Assembly: GCF_035084215.1 (NCBI RefSeq)
Contig: NC_090345.1
Span: 34,038,001-34,102,000 of the forward strand
DNA length: 64,000 nt
Reading direction: 5' to 3'
From: Heptranchias perlo
Taxonomy: Eukaryota
In this document: piece by piece, positions 25,505-37,529 of the stretch
Layout of the letters: each line of letters opens with the position of its first letter
Numbering within the stretch: position 1 is the stretch's first letter
Made by a program: the position numbers and the translations under genes
Notes under the pieces: model-generated
Database searches by the model: none
Told to the model about the DNA's origin: nothing
What the model saw: only the letters and a program-made list of their open reading frames with translations

Positions 25505-26100
25505 TTTAAGTTAAAAATGTGGTAAGGAAATTTTAGAGTTTTTAATTAAGGATGAAATTACCACGTATCTAGATAAAGAAAAGTATTTAGAAGTAGCCAG
25601 TACGGATTTCAAATAGGATGACTGCACTTGACAAACCTCATAAAATTCTTTGAGGAGGTAACAGACATGATAGATGGGGGAACTGCAGTGGACGTGGTGT
25701 ACATAGACTGAAGGAACTCCATTGACAAGGTACCACACAGGAGATTGCTAGAGAAGATTAAGGGGTATGGGTTACTAGAGAAGGTTAAGGGATATGGAAT
25801 TAGACGGGGGATAGCAAACCGCATTAAAAATGGTTTAAAAAAGTAGAAGTGAAGGACAGTTTTTCCAGTGGTTGGGAGTGGGTAGCAGTGTCTCTCAGGA
25901 TTCAGTCTGGGGCCACTTCTGTTCACTCTGTATATCAATGATTTGGATATAGGCATAGAGTGGTGTTGAAATTTGCAGATGATGTCAAAATAGGAGATAT
26001 AGTTAATTCTTTAGAATACAAAAGGAAGGTGAAAAGGATAAGATGGGGGAATGGGCTAAAAAGTGGCAGATGGAATTCAATGTTAGTAAGTGTGGGGTTT
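25505..26100 (+). mobile_element. degenerate CR1 RT fragment
   Basis: ttgacaaacctcataaaattctttgaggaggtaaca...ctggggccacttctgttcactctgtatatcaatga...tttgcagatga. Confidence 0.75.
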
Positions 26101-26420
26101 ATGTGAGGTCAATGCTGATTTCCCACTGCCCCCCCCCCACCAAAAGGCGTGCAGCCAATGAATATCATGGGTAGCGCTGGCTGCACGCCTGAATTATTTT
26201 AACGAGGTCTCAGCACTATTTTAACGTGCTGCTTGGGACCAACAGACACATGCAGTGTGCGCCCCGCCCACTGCGTGTCCGTTTTCAGATGTGATCAAAT
26301 TTCTCGGCTTTGAAGTTTAGTTTATGACAAGTTATTCTAAATGTGGTCAGCAAGCACAGTGCACAGCTTCCTTATAATTTTATCTGACATAATTATGCTT
26401 TTATATCCAAGGATACTCAC

Positions 26421-26555
26421 ATTTTCATTATTGATCAGACAATCAGCACTTTGCAATGGACAAAAAGCATTAAACTGCTCATAACACTCTCCAGTTTCTG
26501 GACTCCAAATCATGGTGTTCATTTTTTCTTGAGTAATCACATAAGCTGTCACTCC
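26421..26555 (-). CDS. CC2D2B: CC2D2B-like coding exon
   Basis: ttaaag|GGA...GAAAAT|gtgagt; 135 nt; GVTAYVITQEKMNTMIWSPETGECYEQFNAFCPLQSADCLINNEN. Confidence 0.94.
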
Positions 26556-26697
26556 CTTTAAAATAGAAGTTGTGAGGTTATGAATCAGAATACCATTTGA
26601 ATCAACGTATTCAAAATCTAAGGAAAATACAAGACCAACATTTACAGCATGAAAATAGAAGACAGATATAATGTAGAAAAACAAGGAAATAGACATG

Positions 26698-27229
26698 AGG
26701 GCCAAAATTCCTCAGGCATAACTTTGGTGGGAGTCCACTGGAATGCCAAAACTTTGGTGGGACTCGGATACACCAGATTCTGGCTACGGGGTCTAGTTTC
26801 TGGAATGGCCTAGTAGGGGGTAGAGCCTCCGCCCACTCGTACAAAGCTATCAACATAAGACATGGGGCTGGAGCTGGAGATTCTCTACATCAGGAGTTCC
26901 AGTCTCACAGGGACCTGGCCTACAGTTGAAGGTCATATACCTAAGGAAAAGAGGTGGACTGGGCTCCTGATGGTCAAGGAGGTGGCCCGGTGGAGCCTAC
27001 TTTCGTCCATCAGGGGGCCAGTCCACCTCCCAGACTGGGCAAAGATTCCAGATTTCCAGGCAGTTTGTGGGAGGCAGGTGCCTGAAATGTCCCCACAGTG
27101 GTGTGGGCAGCCACTGGCCCCATGCAATATTAGGTTCCTTCTCCTGACATTGCATATTGCAGTGGGTTTGGTGCTGGAGTGCACCAGTAGGTGTGATCCC
27201 GGCATTAGTGCAAAAGGAATTTTGGCCTC
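26698..27229. mobile_element. MITE with short TIRs (Harbinger-like)
   Basis: GGCCAAAATTCCT at the left, AGGAATTTTGGCC at the right; GC-rich island in an AT-rich intron. Confidence 0.6.
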
Positions 27230-28403
27230 AAAGAATATATCATACTGTACTGTACCACTGTACTGTGGAAGCAATTTCACAAATGTAACAAAAAAACCGT
27301 AACATGCAAGTAACAAAGTCATGAATAAAAAATATTATTCTGCTGAGTAAAACAATCTTGCAATAAATGATTATTACCTATGATTGAAAACATATTAACT
27401 ATAACAAAGAATTAGATTACTTAATGTAAGTGTTCTTGCTCATTCTTTGAAACTTCAAATCCACATTGAAACAGAGCTGCCATCATCCTACTTGAAAAAA
27501 TAATCTGTCAGAGTATCCTTAAGAAATATTGTGCCCTTGGTGATTAGGTGATCCTCATTAATCCTGCTGTACTATAGCCTCAATCTGAAGTAGGCCTTTA
27601 TTTGTTGCCTAGAGGTGGAATTGGTAAAACCCAAGGAACCAACAAGAGCACTGAAACATTACAGTAAACAATAAAAATGGTAACTAGAAACTAAAGCAAA
27701 AAACAGCTCCAAGGTACACTACGTTGGAAAGAGAATGAAATGTGGACCCAGATGGAACATTGTGAAGTTGATATTTCTTTCAATGGACAAAGAAGTCGGG
27801 AGGTGAGGGTGATGTCTTTGGGGTAGGCCTAGAGGGAAATTTGGCCTTTGGTGGCTCCCTTCCCATCCTCTTCCCTAACCACTCATTCTTCCCCCACCCC
27901 CTCGCTCCCATTCCCCCCATATCCCTTCACATTCTCAATGTCTGTTCCCCTTCTTACCACAACCTCACTCCCATTACCACCCATACCTCTTGCCCTTTGA
28001 ACTATCTGCTCAACCCATGTATCTTCCCCTCCGCTTGCTCCACTGTCACATCTAAATCCTTAACCCTCCATCCACTCACCCCCACTCCCACTTGCTCCCT
28101 CCAAGGGAGGGTGGCGAGAGATCAGAGACTTCCTCATCCTCAACCAGTTTTTCTCCTCTGCTCACCCTTCCACCTCTTCCTAGCTGTTTCCTTCAAAGTA
28201 GTTTTGTTTTCTTTCAACTTGCTTATTTTAAAAGCAATAGAATCAAATTAGAATGTGGAAAGAAACTGCCTGTCTGCCTTTCTCTCTATTTGTCTTTGCC
28301 CTCATTTCTTTCCATCTTAAATAACTGAACTTCCATGGTGTGAACAGATATATGAATTGGAAACTGGACAAAAAAATAAATCTTTATAAATTATTGTACT
28401 TAC

Positions 28404-28517
28404 ATCAAGAATTGAGGTTCCTAAGAGTACAAAAGCATTCAACTTCATGTACAAGAAATAGTTACAAAGAAGGACTGCATGGTCCTCTTTACCTCCAAGT
28501 ATCAGATTAAGAAATTG
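28404..28517 (-). CDS. CC2D2B: CC2D2B-like coding exon (transglutaminase-like domain)
   Basis: cttcag|CAA...CTTGAT|gtaagt; 114 nt; QFLNLILGGKEDHAVLLCNYFLYMKLNAFVLLGTSILD. Confidence 0.94.
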
Positions 28518-28881
28518 CTGAAGAAAAGCAACATGATTTAAAAATATTATTTGGCATTCTTCTTCAAGTAAACAATGTGTTTATAGATATTACTAATATG
28601 CAAGTTTATAACATTTACAATCCCATACTTTGGGATATTGATAGATTGTACCAAAATAACAGATGGCCATGAACTAATTACAAAAATGAATCTAGTACAT
28701 CACGGGTATAGGCTAATATGTGAAAACATCAATGGTATCCTACCATTACTCTTCATGTGCAAAATCTTAAGTAATTAAGGTGTTAAAAAGCTGTAAATGG
28801 GGCATTAAATAATGTAATCAACTGCTTTACATGTTATTCCTTTTAAAAATACACAACATTTATCCCTGGTGTTCTACTTAC

Positions 28882-28971
28882 CTGTGATGTCAGCCAAATA
28901 TTGCAGGCATCTGAAAAACCTAGGCTATCTGGAAGATATGGAATCAAGGACACAAATCTGGCTATAAGATT
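28882..28971 (-). CDS. CC2D2B: CC2D2B-like coding exon
   Basis: ttttag|AAT...TCACAG|gtaagt; 90 nt; NLIARFVSLIPYLPDSLGFSDACNIWLTSQ (family motif ARxVSLIP). Confidence 0.94.
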
Positions 28972-29797
28972 CTAAAACGGAAAAAAAGTACCAATTATAT
29001 ATTTGTGTTAGCTATATTGTAAATAATACAAAGATTCATTGTTTTTTATAAGCACTAGAGTAATATCTCATTTATTTTGATATCTACCAAATGATTTTCA
29101 TAGTATAGTTAATTTAGGTATTTATTAAATAAATATAGTAAAATTTGTAAGACAGCCATTGATGTATTGTAATACAGGGACAGTAGTTGATAACATGTTA
29201 AACTCAACGTACGTTACAAAAACTCAACGAAATTCAAACAGAGGAAACATAGTGTGCCTTTAAATGATGCAAATATCTGATGACACTTTGCATTGGTTGC
29301 ACAGCTGCTGTTTTATAAACATTTTTTTGTCATTTTATTCAAAAAGTGAGTTGGAGGCAGTAATCATGGCACTTAACTCAAATAAAAATATAGTTGCTAA
29401 AAAAAACACTGGGAGCAAACTAACTTGAGAAAAAAGGAGACATTTATTAGTCATAGATTGAGAAGTATTAAGTGATTTTTTTTTCAACTTCATAAAGACC
29501 TCTGCATAGGGATCCATCACTCTCCCCCCACCATCACCCCACCTCCGGTGTTATATATGCCTAGCTAAAGCTGTGCAGCTTACCAATGCAGAGCACTGAT
29601 AAGCTTCCTGTTGCTTGTGCATTTTTGACTAGTCTAGTGGATTTGTTTGCAGTGTTACCTGCAGTCAAATAGGAAGAATGGTTGCCTCCATGATAGATCC
29701 ACCCACACATGTCCCATCAGCCAGGCAGGCTGCCTAATTGGACATCAGTAATTCCCTGGAACACTGCAAATCTGCCTGGCTCAGGAATTGAATTACA

Positions 29798-32700
29798 GGC
29801 CTTAATATTAACCCACCCTCCTCCCCCTCCCTCTCACTATGATGGGTAGGTGTCGGGTGTTTAAAATGTAAATTTTCACGGCGGCTGTCAGTGGTCCGAC
29901 GATTGTCTCGCTATGGCGAGGCGGGAGGCTCATAAACATATTTAAATCGGGGTCCTATGACACAATAAGGACCCAGAATTGAATTTAAGTACAGGAGCAG
30001 GCGTTTCCTGTGGGTTGGCAAGGTCTCCAGGGTAACAGTGGCAAGATGTTTATTTAGGTGCTTAAATATGAGTTCTCATGTGAAAACCTCTGCACTCACT
30101 GGTGCTTCCTCAATTCATTGTGGGCTACAGTTTTGTTAAAGTACTTGACTTCAGATAATGATTTTGAAACTCTTCAGTGGGCAAAGAAGAAGTCCATTAT
30201 GGGTGCTGCCATTGCTGCAGTGTTCTGGACTGATGAAGAGAAGGAGGAAGAGGAGCACCAGCAGCAAGAGCAAGCTGAGGAGGGAGCTACATAGGGCCCA
30301 TGCTCGCTCAAGGTCATACCCATCCAACAGGGTGAATAGGCAGAGGCTCAGTTTCCTTGACCACTCAGAGCAGCAGTGCTTTAGGAGGCTCCAGGTGACA
30401 TGTCAGGTGGTCGCCAATCTCTGCAGCCTCCTAGAGGAAGACCTTCTGCCAGCTGGACCTGGCAGCCATACCATGCCAGTGGCAGTAAAAGTAACCACTG
30501 CCCTGAATTTCTTTGCTTCCAGCTCCTTCCAGACTGCGAAAGGAGACATCTCGAGGATGTTGCAGTAGGCAATCTATAGGACTGCTGAAGTTAAGGTTCA
30601 GGTGCAACATCCTCCAACTTGTGAGATTCAAAACATCTCTCCACCTTCCACATCCATTAAATTAAAACCTGACTGTGAAGTCTGCATTCAATAATGGGAC
30701 ACAGGGGAAAGGTGTAAGTAACAAATGTTTAATGTAAAGAACAAATAAATTGTGTTAAGACAAAAAAAATGTGACACTCTGTGATCTATATATTTTTTCT
30801 CTTTCTATGCCTACCACTTCTACATAGTGTTGTCCCTGTGGCTTCAGCGGATTTGGTGGAAGGCTGCTGTTCACCTTTCTCAGTGTCCTGAGGTTTTTTT
30901 TATTCGTTCATGGGATGTGGGCATCACGAGCAAGGCCAGCATTTATTGCCCATCCCTAATTGCCCTTGAGAAGGTGGTGATGAGCTGCCTTCTTGAACTG
31001 CTGCAGTCCGTGTGGTGAAGGTTCTCCCACAGTGCTGTTAGGTACAGAGTTCCAGGATTTTGACCCAGTGACGATAAAGGAAAGGCAATATATTTCCAAG
31101 TCTGGATGGTGTGTGACTTGGATGGGGTGATGCTCCCATGTGCCTGCTGCCCTTGTCCTTCTAGGTGGTAGAGGTCGCAGGTTTGGGAAGTGCTGTTGAA
31201 GAAGTCTTGGCAAGTTGCTGCAGTGCATCCTGTAGGTGGTGCACACTGCAGCCACGGTGCGCTGGTGGTGAAGGGAGTGAATGTTTAGGGTGGTGGATGG
31301 GGTTCCAATCAAGAGGGCTGCTTTGTCCTGGATGGTGTTGAGCTTCTTGAGTGTTGTTGGAGCTGTACTCATCCAGACAAGTGGAGAGTATTCCATCACA
31401 CTCCTGACTTGTGCCTTGTAGATGGTGGAAAGGCTTTAGGGAGCCAGGAGGTGAGTCACTCGCTCTTGGCCGATAACCTCTGGGTTTTGGAACCTGTGAG
31501 GGCCCTGCCACTACTGCTCCTCCTATGCTTGTGCAGGGGCAGAGTAGGTCAGCTGGAGTGGAGGCACCGTGTCAGGTATTGGTTGAGGGGGTAGCAACGG
31601 ATAAGACGTGCAGACATCTGGACTTACCTTGCCCGTTCTGCCATCCTCCCTCCCCTGGGGCAGCGGCACATCAGTCCTACCTGCCTGCGGGAGAGCAGAG
31701 TGTAGGAGATTCGCGACGCCTTGGAAGCCTTGAATTAGTCTGTCTACGATCTGGTCAAGCCTGGTAGAGACACTCATGCCCAGTCAGCAGAACCGCTGCC
31801 TGAATCTGCATGCAGGACACAACTGCTGTCAGCATTGACTCATGTGAGCAGCCTGCTACAATTTCCATAGAACTCGCCACATGCTCCATGGCGGATTGCA
31901 GAGTTGAAAAGTCTTGCGGCATCACCCCACATATGCTCGAGTTGGACTCCTCCATCCTCTCTGCTACTGTGGAAAGTGTGCCTGGCAGGCCTGCCAATAT
32001 CTCACACAGTTACAGCCTGCTCCTTTTCAGTGCTGGCCCTAGGGGTTCTGCATCTCTGTCCTGTTCAGCAGAGCTTGGAGAGGACAGTGCCCTCCAGGGC
32101 GTAATCTCATCAGCTGTCCCTTTCACCATTCTCTGCTCTTGCTCACTTGTGCTGTGAGAGTAATCAAGCGCAGTCCCATCTACCTGACTACGAGCCCAAC
32201 CAAGGTGCTGGTATCTGCGCTAGTGCCTGCGACACTTGTGTCATGTGACGGTGCATCCTCAGCAGATATTAGTTCCTCTGAGGAATATTTGTCCTCTCCC
32301 ATTGGGAGCTCTTGAGCTTTACGTGATGGCCCTGGAGGAGAGAAGAAAGGGAAAGTACTAAGTGGTGGCACTTTGAGAATGTTGATCTGCACGTGAAACA
32401 CTTCATCAGAGTTATCAATGTTCTGAGGCCCGCTGAAGGTGAAGTTGATCTGTGGGAGATGTGGGTATGAAAGATTAATGTTGTCTCCCTTCTCTGCGGG
32501 ACTGTCAGCCTCGCCATCGCCAATGATGAGGGAGCTTGATATGCTGCTGAGCTCTAGTGCCTCCTCTTCCGCTGGGGAAATTTTTACAATATCTTGCAGC
32601 CCTCCATCAGTCTTCACCCTCTCCCTGGCATTTTGCGCTCTCTACTCCTGCCAGGGTGGCATGACATACCTATGAGTGGCTCTGAGGAATATGTACATCC

Positions 32701-33563
32701 GATGGAGTAGTGCATACGTTGAATCAGGTGCAAGCATAAGGAGTGTGAGTGGCATGCCTTTGAGGATTGTGCTAACGGTGCCATTTCAGGACGTGTGATG
32801 AAAGTGGTTGGAGGTGACTGAGGTCGTACAAGATGAGATGAGGATTACGGTCACTGGCAGTGGTAGAGGGAGGAAATGGGAGGTGAGCATGCCAAGGGAA
32901 TGAGGGTGAGGGGAGGTGCATTGATTCAGTACGATTTGTTGTGATGAGGGTGATGTGGGCGTGAGGGGTGGTGTGAATGGAGTAGGACTGACAAGACAAA
33001 GTGAGAGGGGTTGCAGTACAGGATCTCGGTGAATATTGCCGTATGCTCACCTTTTCTCACCTAGTCAGGTCATTGAACCGTTTGTGGCACTGAATCCATG
33101 ACCTTTGGTTCACACTCCTGCTGCTGACCACCTCTGCCACCTCCAGCCAGGCCTTCTTGGTTGGGGCAGCAGGCATCTTCCCACTGGCTGGGAATAGCAC
33201 CTCTCCATTGCTCCTTACTACCCCAGCAGCACATCCAGCGTTGCATCAGAAAATCATGGGGCAGCCTTTCCTCCTCTCCCACTCATCCTTCAACTTACTG
33301 GTTCTTCTTTGATAATTTAACCCTACAAACCTCCTCATCCATTTCATCTTTATACAGCGCCTTTAAATAGTCAAGGGGAAATCGCATCATGCAGGTCCGC
33401 GTCACACCCGCTCATGCGCATTGGAGATGCGAAATGCGGAATTAAAATGATAATGAGTCATCCCCGTTGAAAATCGGACATTCCTACCCGTCCCACGATG
33501 TTGCGCGTTCATTGCCCGCTGTCCCCCCCGCTCCTTTCCCATCTCCACATTAACATCGGGGCC
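29798..33563. mobile_element. PIF/Harbinger element: transposase N-terminus (+, ~30199-30600) convergent with a multi-exon Myb/SANT-like gene remnant (-, ~33280 to 31500)
   Basis: TIRs GGCCTTAATATTAA / revcomp GGCCCCGATGTTAA; flanks ACA/ATA; MPVAVKVTTALNFFASSSFQ; KKAWLEVAEVVSSRSVNQRSWIQCHKRFNDL then a gtgagc donor; next exon AQNARERVKTDGG. Confidence 0.85.
30893..31465 (-). mobile_element. 5'-truncated family B LINE 3' end nested in a Harbinger element
   Basis: Closely matches 42051-42635 (MEYSPLVWMSTAPTTLKKLNTIQDKAA); T-run at the left end. Confidence 0.9.
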
Positions 33564-34389
33564 ATAGAAACTGGAGCAAAGGATCAAATTAGTTCCAAAC
33601 TCCCATTTCCAGGAATGTCAACTCAATCCCTGTTTACCTTACCCTCTTCCAGAGGATAATTATTAATTGGTCATAGATAAATGACAAACATGGGTTTGAG
33701 CCCTTGCTAGGCTGACAGTATGTGCCAGGAACCACTTTCAGGTTTCATAATGAGCATCACAGCTCACCATAAAACATGTGAATACATTGCCACCATCCTC
33801 TTGACCACCAGAATTAGTGATTGAAGCAGAGACCAGAGTTGTCCAATTAGTGAATTACAGGAGGGAACACAGTGAATTACAAAACATTAGTGAGGAAGAC
33901 ATACATTATGCACACTGAATGGTGATTCCAACAGATGGGGCTGTAGAACTTCAGTAGTAGCTGTTAGAAATTTAGGACTGAGAGTCGGAGAAACTATTTT
34001 ACACAGAGGGTTGTAAGGCTGTGGAATGCACCATCAGAGTTGGGGTGGTCAATTAGTGAATTACAGGAGGGAACACTTAGCGAATTACAAAACATTAGTG
34101 AGGAGGAGCAAGTGGAGGTGGTATTGAAGGAGCGATCCTGCTGGCCAGAGGACTAACTCAAGTGCTGCTTCAAATGCTGAGCCTGTGGATTCGGACTTCA
34201 CAGGGCCTGAATACAAAAGGAATTGGAATTGAGCATTTGGTAATGTGCCAAGCAACTTGTAATATGGAAGGGTCAACTACCTGTATCTGTGCAGTGATGA
34301 ATGGTCCCCTAAAGGAGTTGCAACCACTATGGAAAATGTGGCAACTGAAGAGCCCGCTGCAGTGGAGCCCCCATTGATTGAAGCACCTA

Positions 34390-35044
34390 GGCCTCAATAT
34401 TAAACCCCCCACGACGAGCGGGAGAGGATTGGGGAGGGGGAAATTAAAAACTTAAATAGGGGGAATGCAACACCAACACGCTGTGCACATGTCTGCCACC
34501 TATTTTACGGCGGCGGATATCAGGGCGGCCAAGTGTCCTGCCATGGAGAGGCAGGACACTTCATTAACATATTTAAATCTGGCTCCCACAGTGCAATTGC
34601 GGGGCCTAATTTAAAATTAATTCTGCTGTGCAGGTTTCCAAGGGTTCAGGAAACCCGGCAGTGAAAGAGAGGCGGGAGCTGTTGGCTCCACAAGGTAAGT
34701 GCCTCTTCCACCACTCCTTGTGGGCCAGAAGGAGCAGGAATGTTCCCCCCAGCCCCTCAAGGAAGCCTTGGGCCTCCTTCCTGCCGATCGTGGCCTCTCT
34801 CTCGCTCCTGCCGTGATTGCCTAACTTCCCCCTCCCGATTGCCGGGGACCATCCCCAAGGCCTCCTGCCGCTGGTTTTCCCTCCCAGCCGCCAGCCAGGC
34901 TGTCAATTTGACAAGCTGCCGGGTGGGAAACAGATCAAAAAAATGATAAGTTCAGCAGGACCTCCGGCTCCCTGGCCGTGCTGGGTTCTTCGGCCATTTT
35001 CCATCTCCCCTGCACCCACCCCACCTTCCCATAAATTCGGAGTC
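34390..35044. mobile_element. Harbinger-type MITE (opposite orientation to 318-915)
   Basis: Starts GGCCTCAATATTAA; internal ttgtgggccagaaggagcagg is the reverse complement of the family motif. Confidence 0.6.
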
Positions 35045-35852
35045 AGTTTCACTAACTGGATGCTGATAGGGGCATGTCCTGATTCAACATGCTGGCAAAT
35101 TAGATTGAAACAGCCATGCAATGACTACCTAGATACCCAGCAGTCTGCTCCTATGCACATCAATGGACATGCTGAGGGATTGATCAGCAGCAGGAGGATG
35201 ACAGGAGTTGGAATGGATAATGGAGTTGTCTCTCAGAGCAATGGCACATTCATACCATACAGCCACTCTAAATGTGCCAGATAGCACGCAGAACCAGGCA
35301 ACCACTGCAGCACTACATGTGATCCTAGCAGTTACAGGGCTACCTACTAATCCACCATAAGGAGATACTGGATCACATCTATCCCGAGAAGCAAACATTG
35401 ACACTCGGCAACCACCCATCACACTTACTCATGTGACCCAGGAATCACTTAGAAGGAGCAAATGGCTAGTTAGTAGATGACACATGCCATAATTTTCATA
35501 AAGGGGAAGCACCAAAATAAGAAACACTGAGCAAAGATGCACCACTCTGTTACAGAAAATAAATTTGGGCTAACTGTAATTTGAATGTGGTATGTCAGTT
35601 CATTTAGTATGAGGCAGCATAAGATGAATAAGGAATGTAGTGATACCCATTGTACTTATGTAAGGCTGAACAAAATAGTGGGGATCGTTCCACTTTATTG
35701 GTGGCAGTGGGTCAGGTTGACAAGGATGGTGGAGGGCAGGGCAATTTTTTTTTAAATTGGGTTCTCCCCTTCAGCGCTGCTCAGGATTATTGACTCCATC
35801 ATGTTTTGTTAGTTTCTTTATGAATCCTAAAAAAAATTAAAATGTGACGTAC

Positions 35853-36056
35853 AAAGGTTGCCTCTGGATTTTCAGGAAACGTATCAAGTAATTCTTGTGG
35901 TGGACAAAGTGGCCTGATATATCTCGTAACAATCCCAACTCTGCATTCACTGTCAATAATACTGACAACAATTCTTCTCTTTGGGTAAAGATTATTAACC
36001 TCCTTTTGAAATGTATATGCCAAATGCAAAATCTCCTCATCTTCTATTGTTTCCAA
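35853..36056 (-). CDS. CC2D2B: CC2D2B-like coding exon
   Basis: ttttag|TTG...ACCTTT|gtacgt; 204 nt; LETIEDEEIL...VTRYIRPLCPPQELLDTFPENPEATF. Confidence 0.93.
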
Positions 36057-36168
36057 CTAAAACAGGTCAAAAGAGACAATAATATTAAAGGCCACTTATT
36101 ACATTATTGTTTCAACATATAATAAGATAGAAATGAGCAAATGTGCACTTTCTAAATAGATTACTAAC

Positions 36169-36195
36169 CTGCCAGAGAGGCGGTTGTTTATCTTC
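36169..36195 (-). CDS. CC2D2B: candidate 27-nt in-frame microexon (EDKQPPLWQ) of the CC2D2B-like gene
   Basis: ctcttttgctttag|GAAGATAAACAACCGCCTCTCTGGCAG|gttagt; good acceptor and donor, phase 0-0, no stop. Confidence 0.65.
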
Positions 36196-36420
36196 CTAAA
36201 GCAAAAGAGTGCACGTTCAGAAAAAATTACTAATCATCACAGAGTACCACTGCCAAGATAGCACACAGAAAAAACCCCAGGCAAACCACTAATTTCCATA
36301 TTCCACAAAATTTATCAATATGCTATTTAATGGTCCAAAAATTGAATAAAGATGAATTATTTTTATTGAAACAATTTTTTATTGAAAATTTAATTCTAAC
36401 ACAATGAAATTAGGACTTAC

Positions 36421-36585
36421 ATTATCTGAGCAAGAAACCTGAGGGTCCAGAGTGATGAAGATTGTTAAAAGGGAGCTTTCTGCAAGTCCAAATTCATAAA
36501 ATTGCTCACAAGAGCCTGTCTCTATTTTCTTCCAAGTGTACCCTAGTAACATTGGTGGGGTGTCTATTCTGAAAGTACCACTGAC
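36421..36585 (-). CDS. CC2D2B: CC2D2B-like coding exon
   Basis: gtctag|GTC...GATAAT|gtaagt; 165 nt; VSGTFRIDTPPMLLGYTW...LTIFITLDPQVSCSDN. Confidence 0.93.
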
Positions 36586-36687
36586 CTAGACATACAACAA
36601 ACAAAGAAAAAATGCAACACTTTCAATGATACAAATTTTTAGGCAAATGCTACTTTATAATGATTCAACTGTAACCAATACTAATAC

Positions 36688-36783
36688 CTTTGATTGTTCG
36701 AGGATTGTACTGAATGGAATAGCAATGGATCCCAGCCAATGCTTGACATGTGGCTTAATGTTGCAAGTCTCGAGGCAGTCATT
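36688..36783 (-). CDS. CC2D2B: CC2D2B-like coding exon (C2 domain end)
   Basis: ttgtag|AAT...TCAAAG|gtatta; 96 nt; NDCLETCNIKPHVKHWLGSIAIPFSTILEQSK (family motif WLGxxxxPFS). Confidence 0.93.
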
Positions 36784-37404
36784 CTACAATCAAAAATATT
36801 AATTCAATTATTTGTTGTGTCAAAATCTATGAATGCTATGAAAAGTCGATTTAAAAAATCTAATCAGAACAGGTCAAAAATTCCAGAAAACACAAAATTT
36901 GGATAATCTTTTCCTGGTGCGATGGTATGAAGTTATTTACAGGCAGAATTTTTAATGGTATTGAATTGATGAAGAGGGTTGATTAAAAAGGGACTGGCAT
37001 GCATTCCTTTAGTATGCAATAGTTCTTCTGTTTAAAACTATCAAAGTATTTACTTTTCAAAAGTAATTTTTTTCAATGACAGCGCAGCCACATCTTTATT
37101 ATGTGGAGTTCTGGGTGCAAAAAGGTGAAAAATAAGCCGATCAGGTAAAAAAAACTGATGATGGAAAAGAGGGTAGTGTGCATTAGGGGATGAAAAAACA
37201 CAATGGATGACCAGAAAAAGGGCAGGCCAAGTAGATGGCCACATAAGCAACCTCACTGCTGCCCCTAAGTCACAAGGCAAGCTCAGGGGACCACAAGAAT
37301 TTAATTAAACAGCATTTCATACATGACAACCTAAAAAACTATCTAAAATTGACCAATAGTTTTTAAAAAATTGACGCTGACAATTAAAAATGATCTGTCA
37401 CATA

Positions 37405-37528
37405 TCCGGTCTGGCCTACATGTGACTCCAGTCTCACACTGTGTGGTTGACTTTTAATGCTCTCGGGACAATTATGGGTGTTCAATAAGCGTTAACTTGC
37501 CAGTGTTGCCCACTTCCCAAGAAGAACA
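37405..37528 (+). mobile_element. diverged LF-SINE-like fragment: core joined directly to the family B 3' tail
   Basis: ccggtctggcctacatgtgactccagtctcacactgtgtggttgactttta (reverse complement of ~45047-45099) followed by caattatgggtgttcaataagc...cttgccagtgttgcccacttccca (family B tail). Confidence 0.7.
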
Positions 37529-37529
37529 A

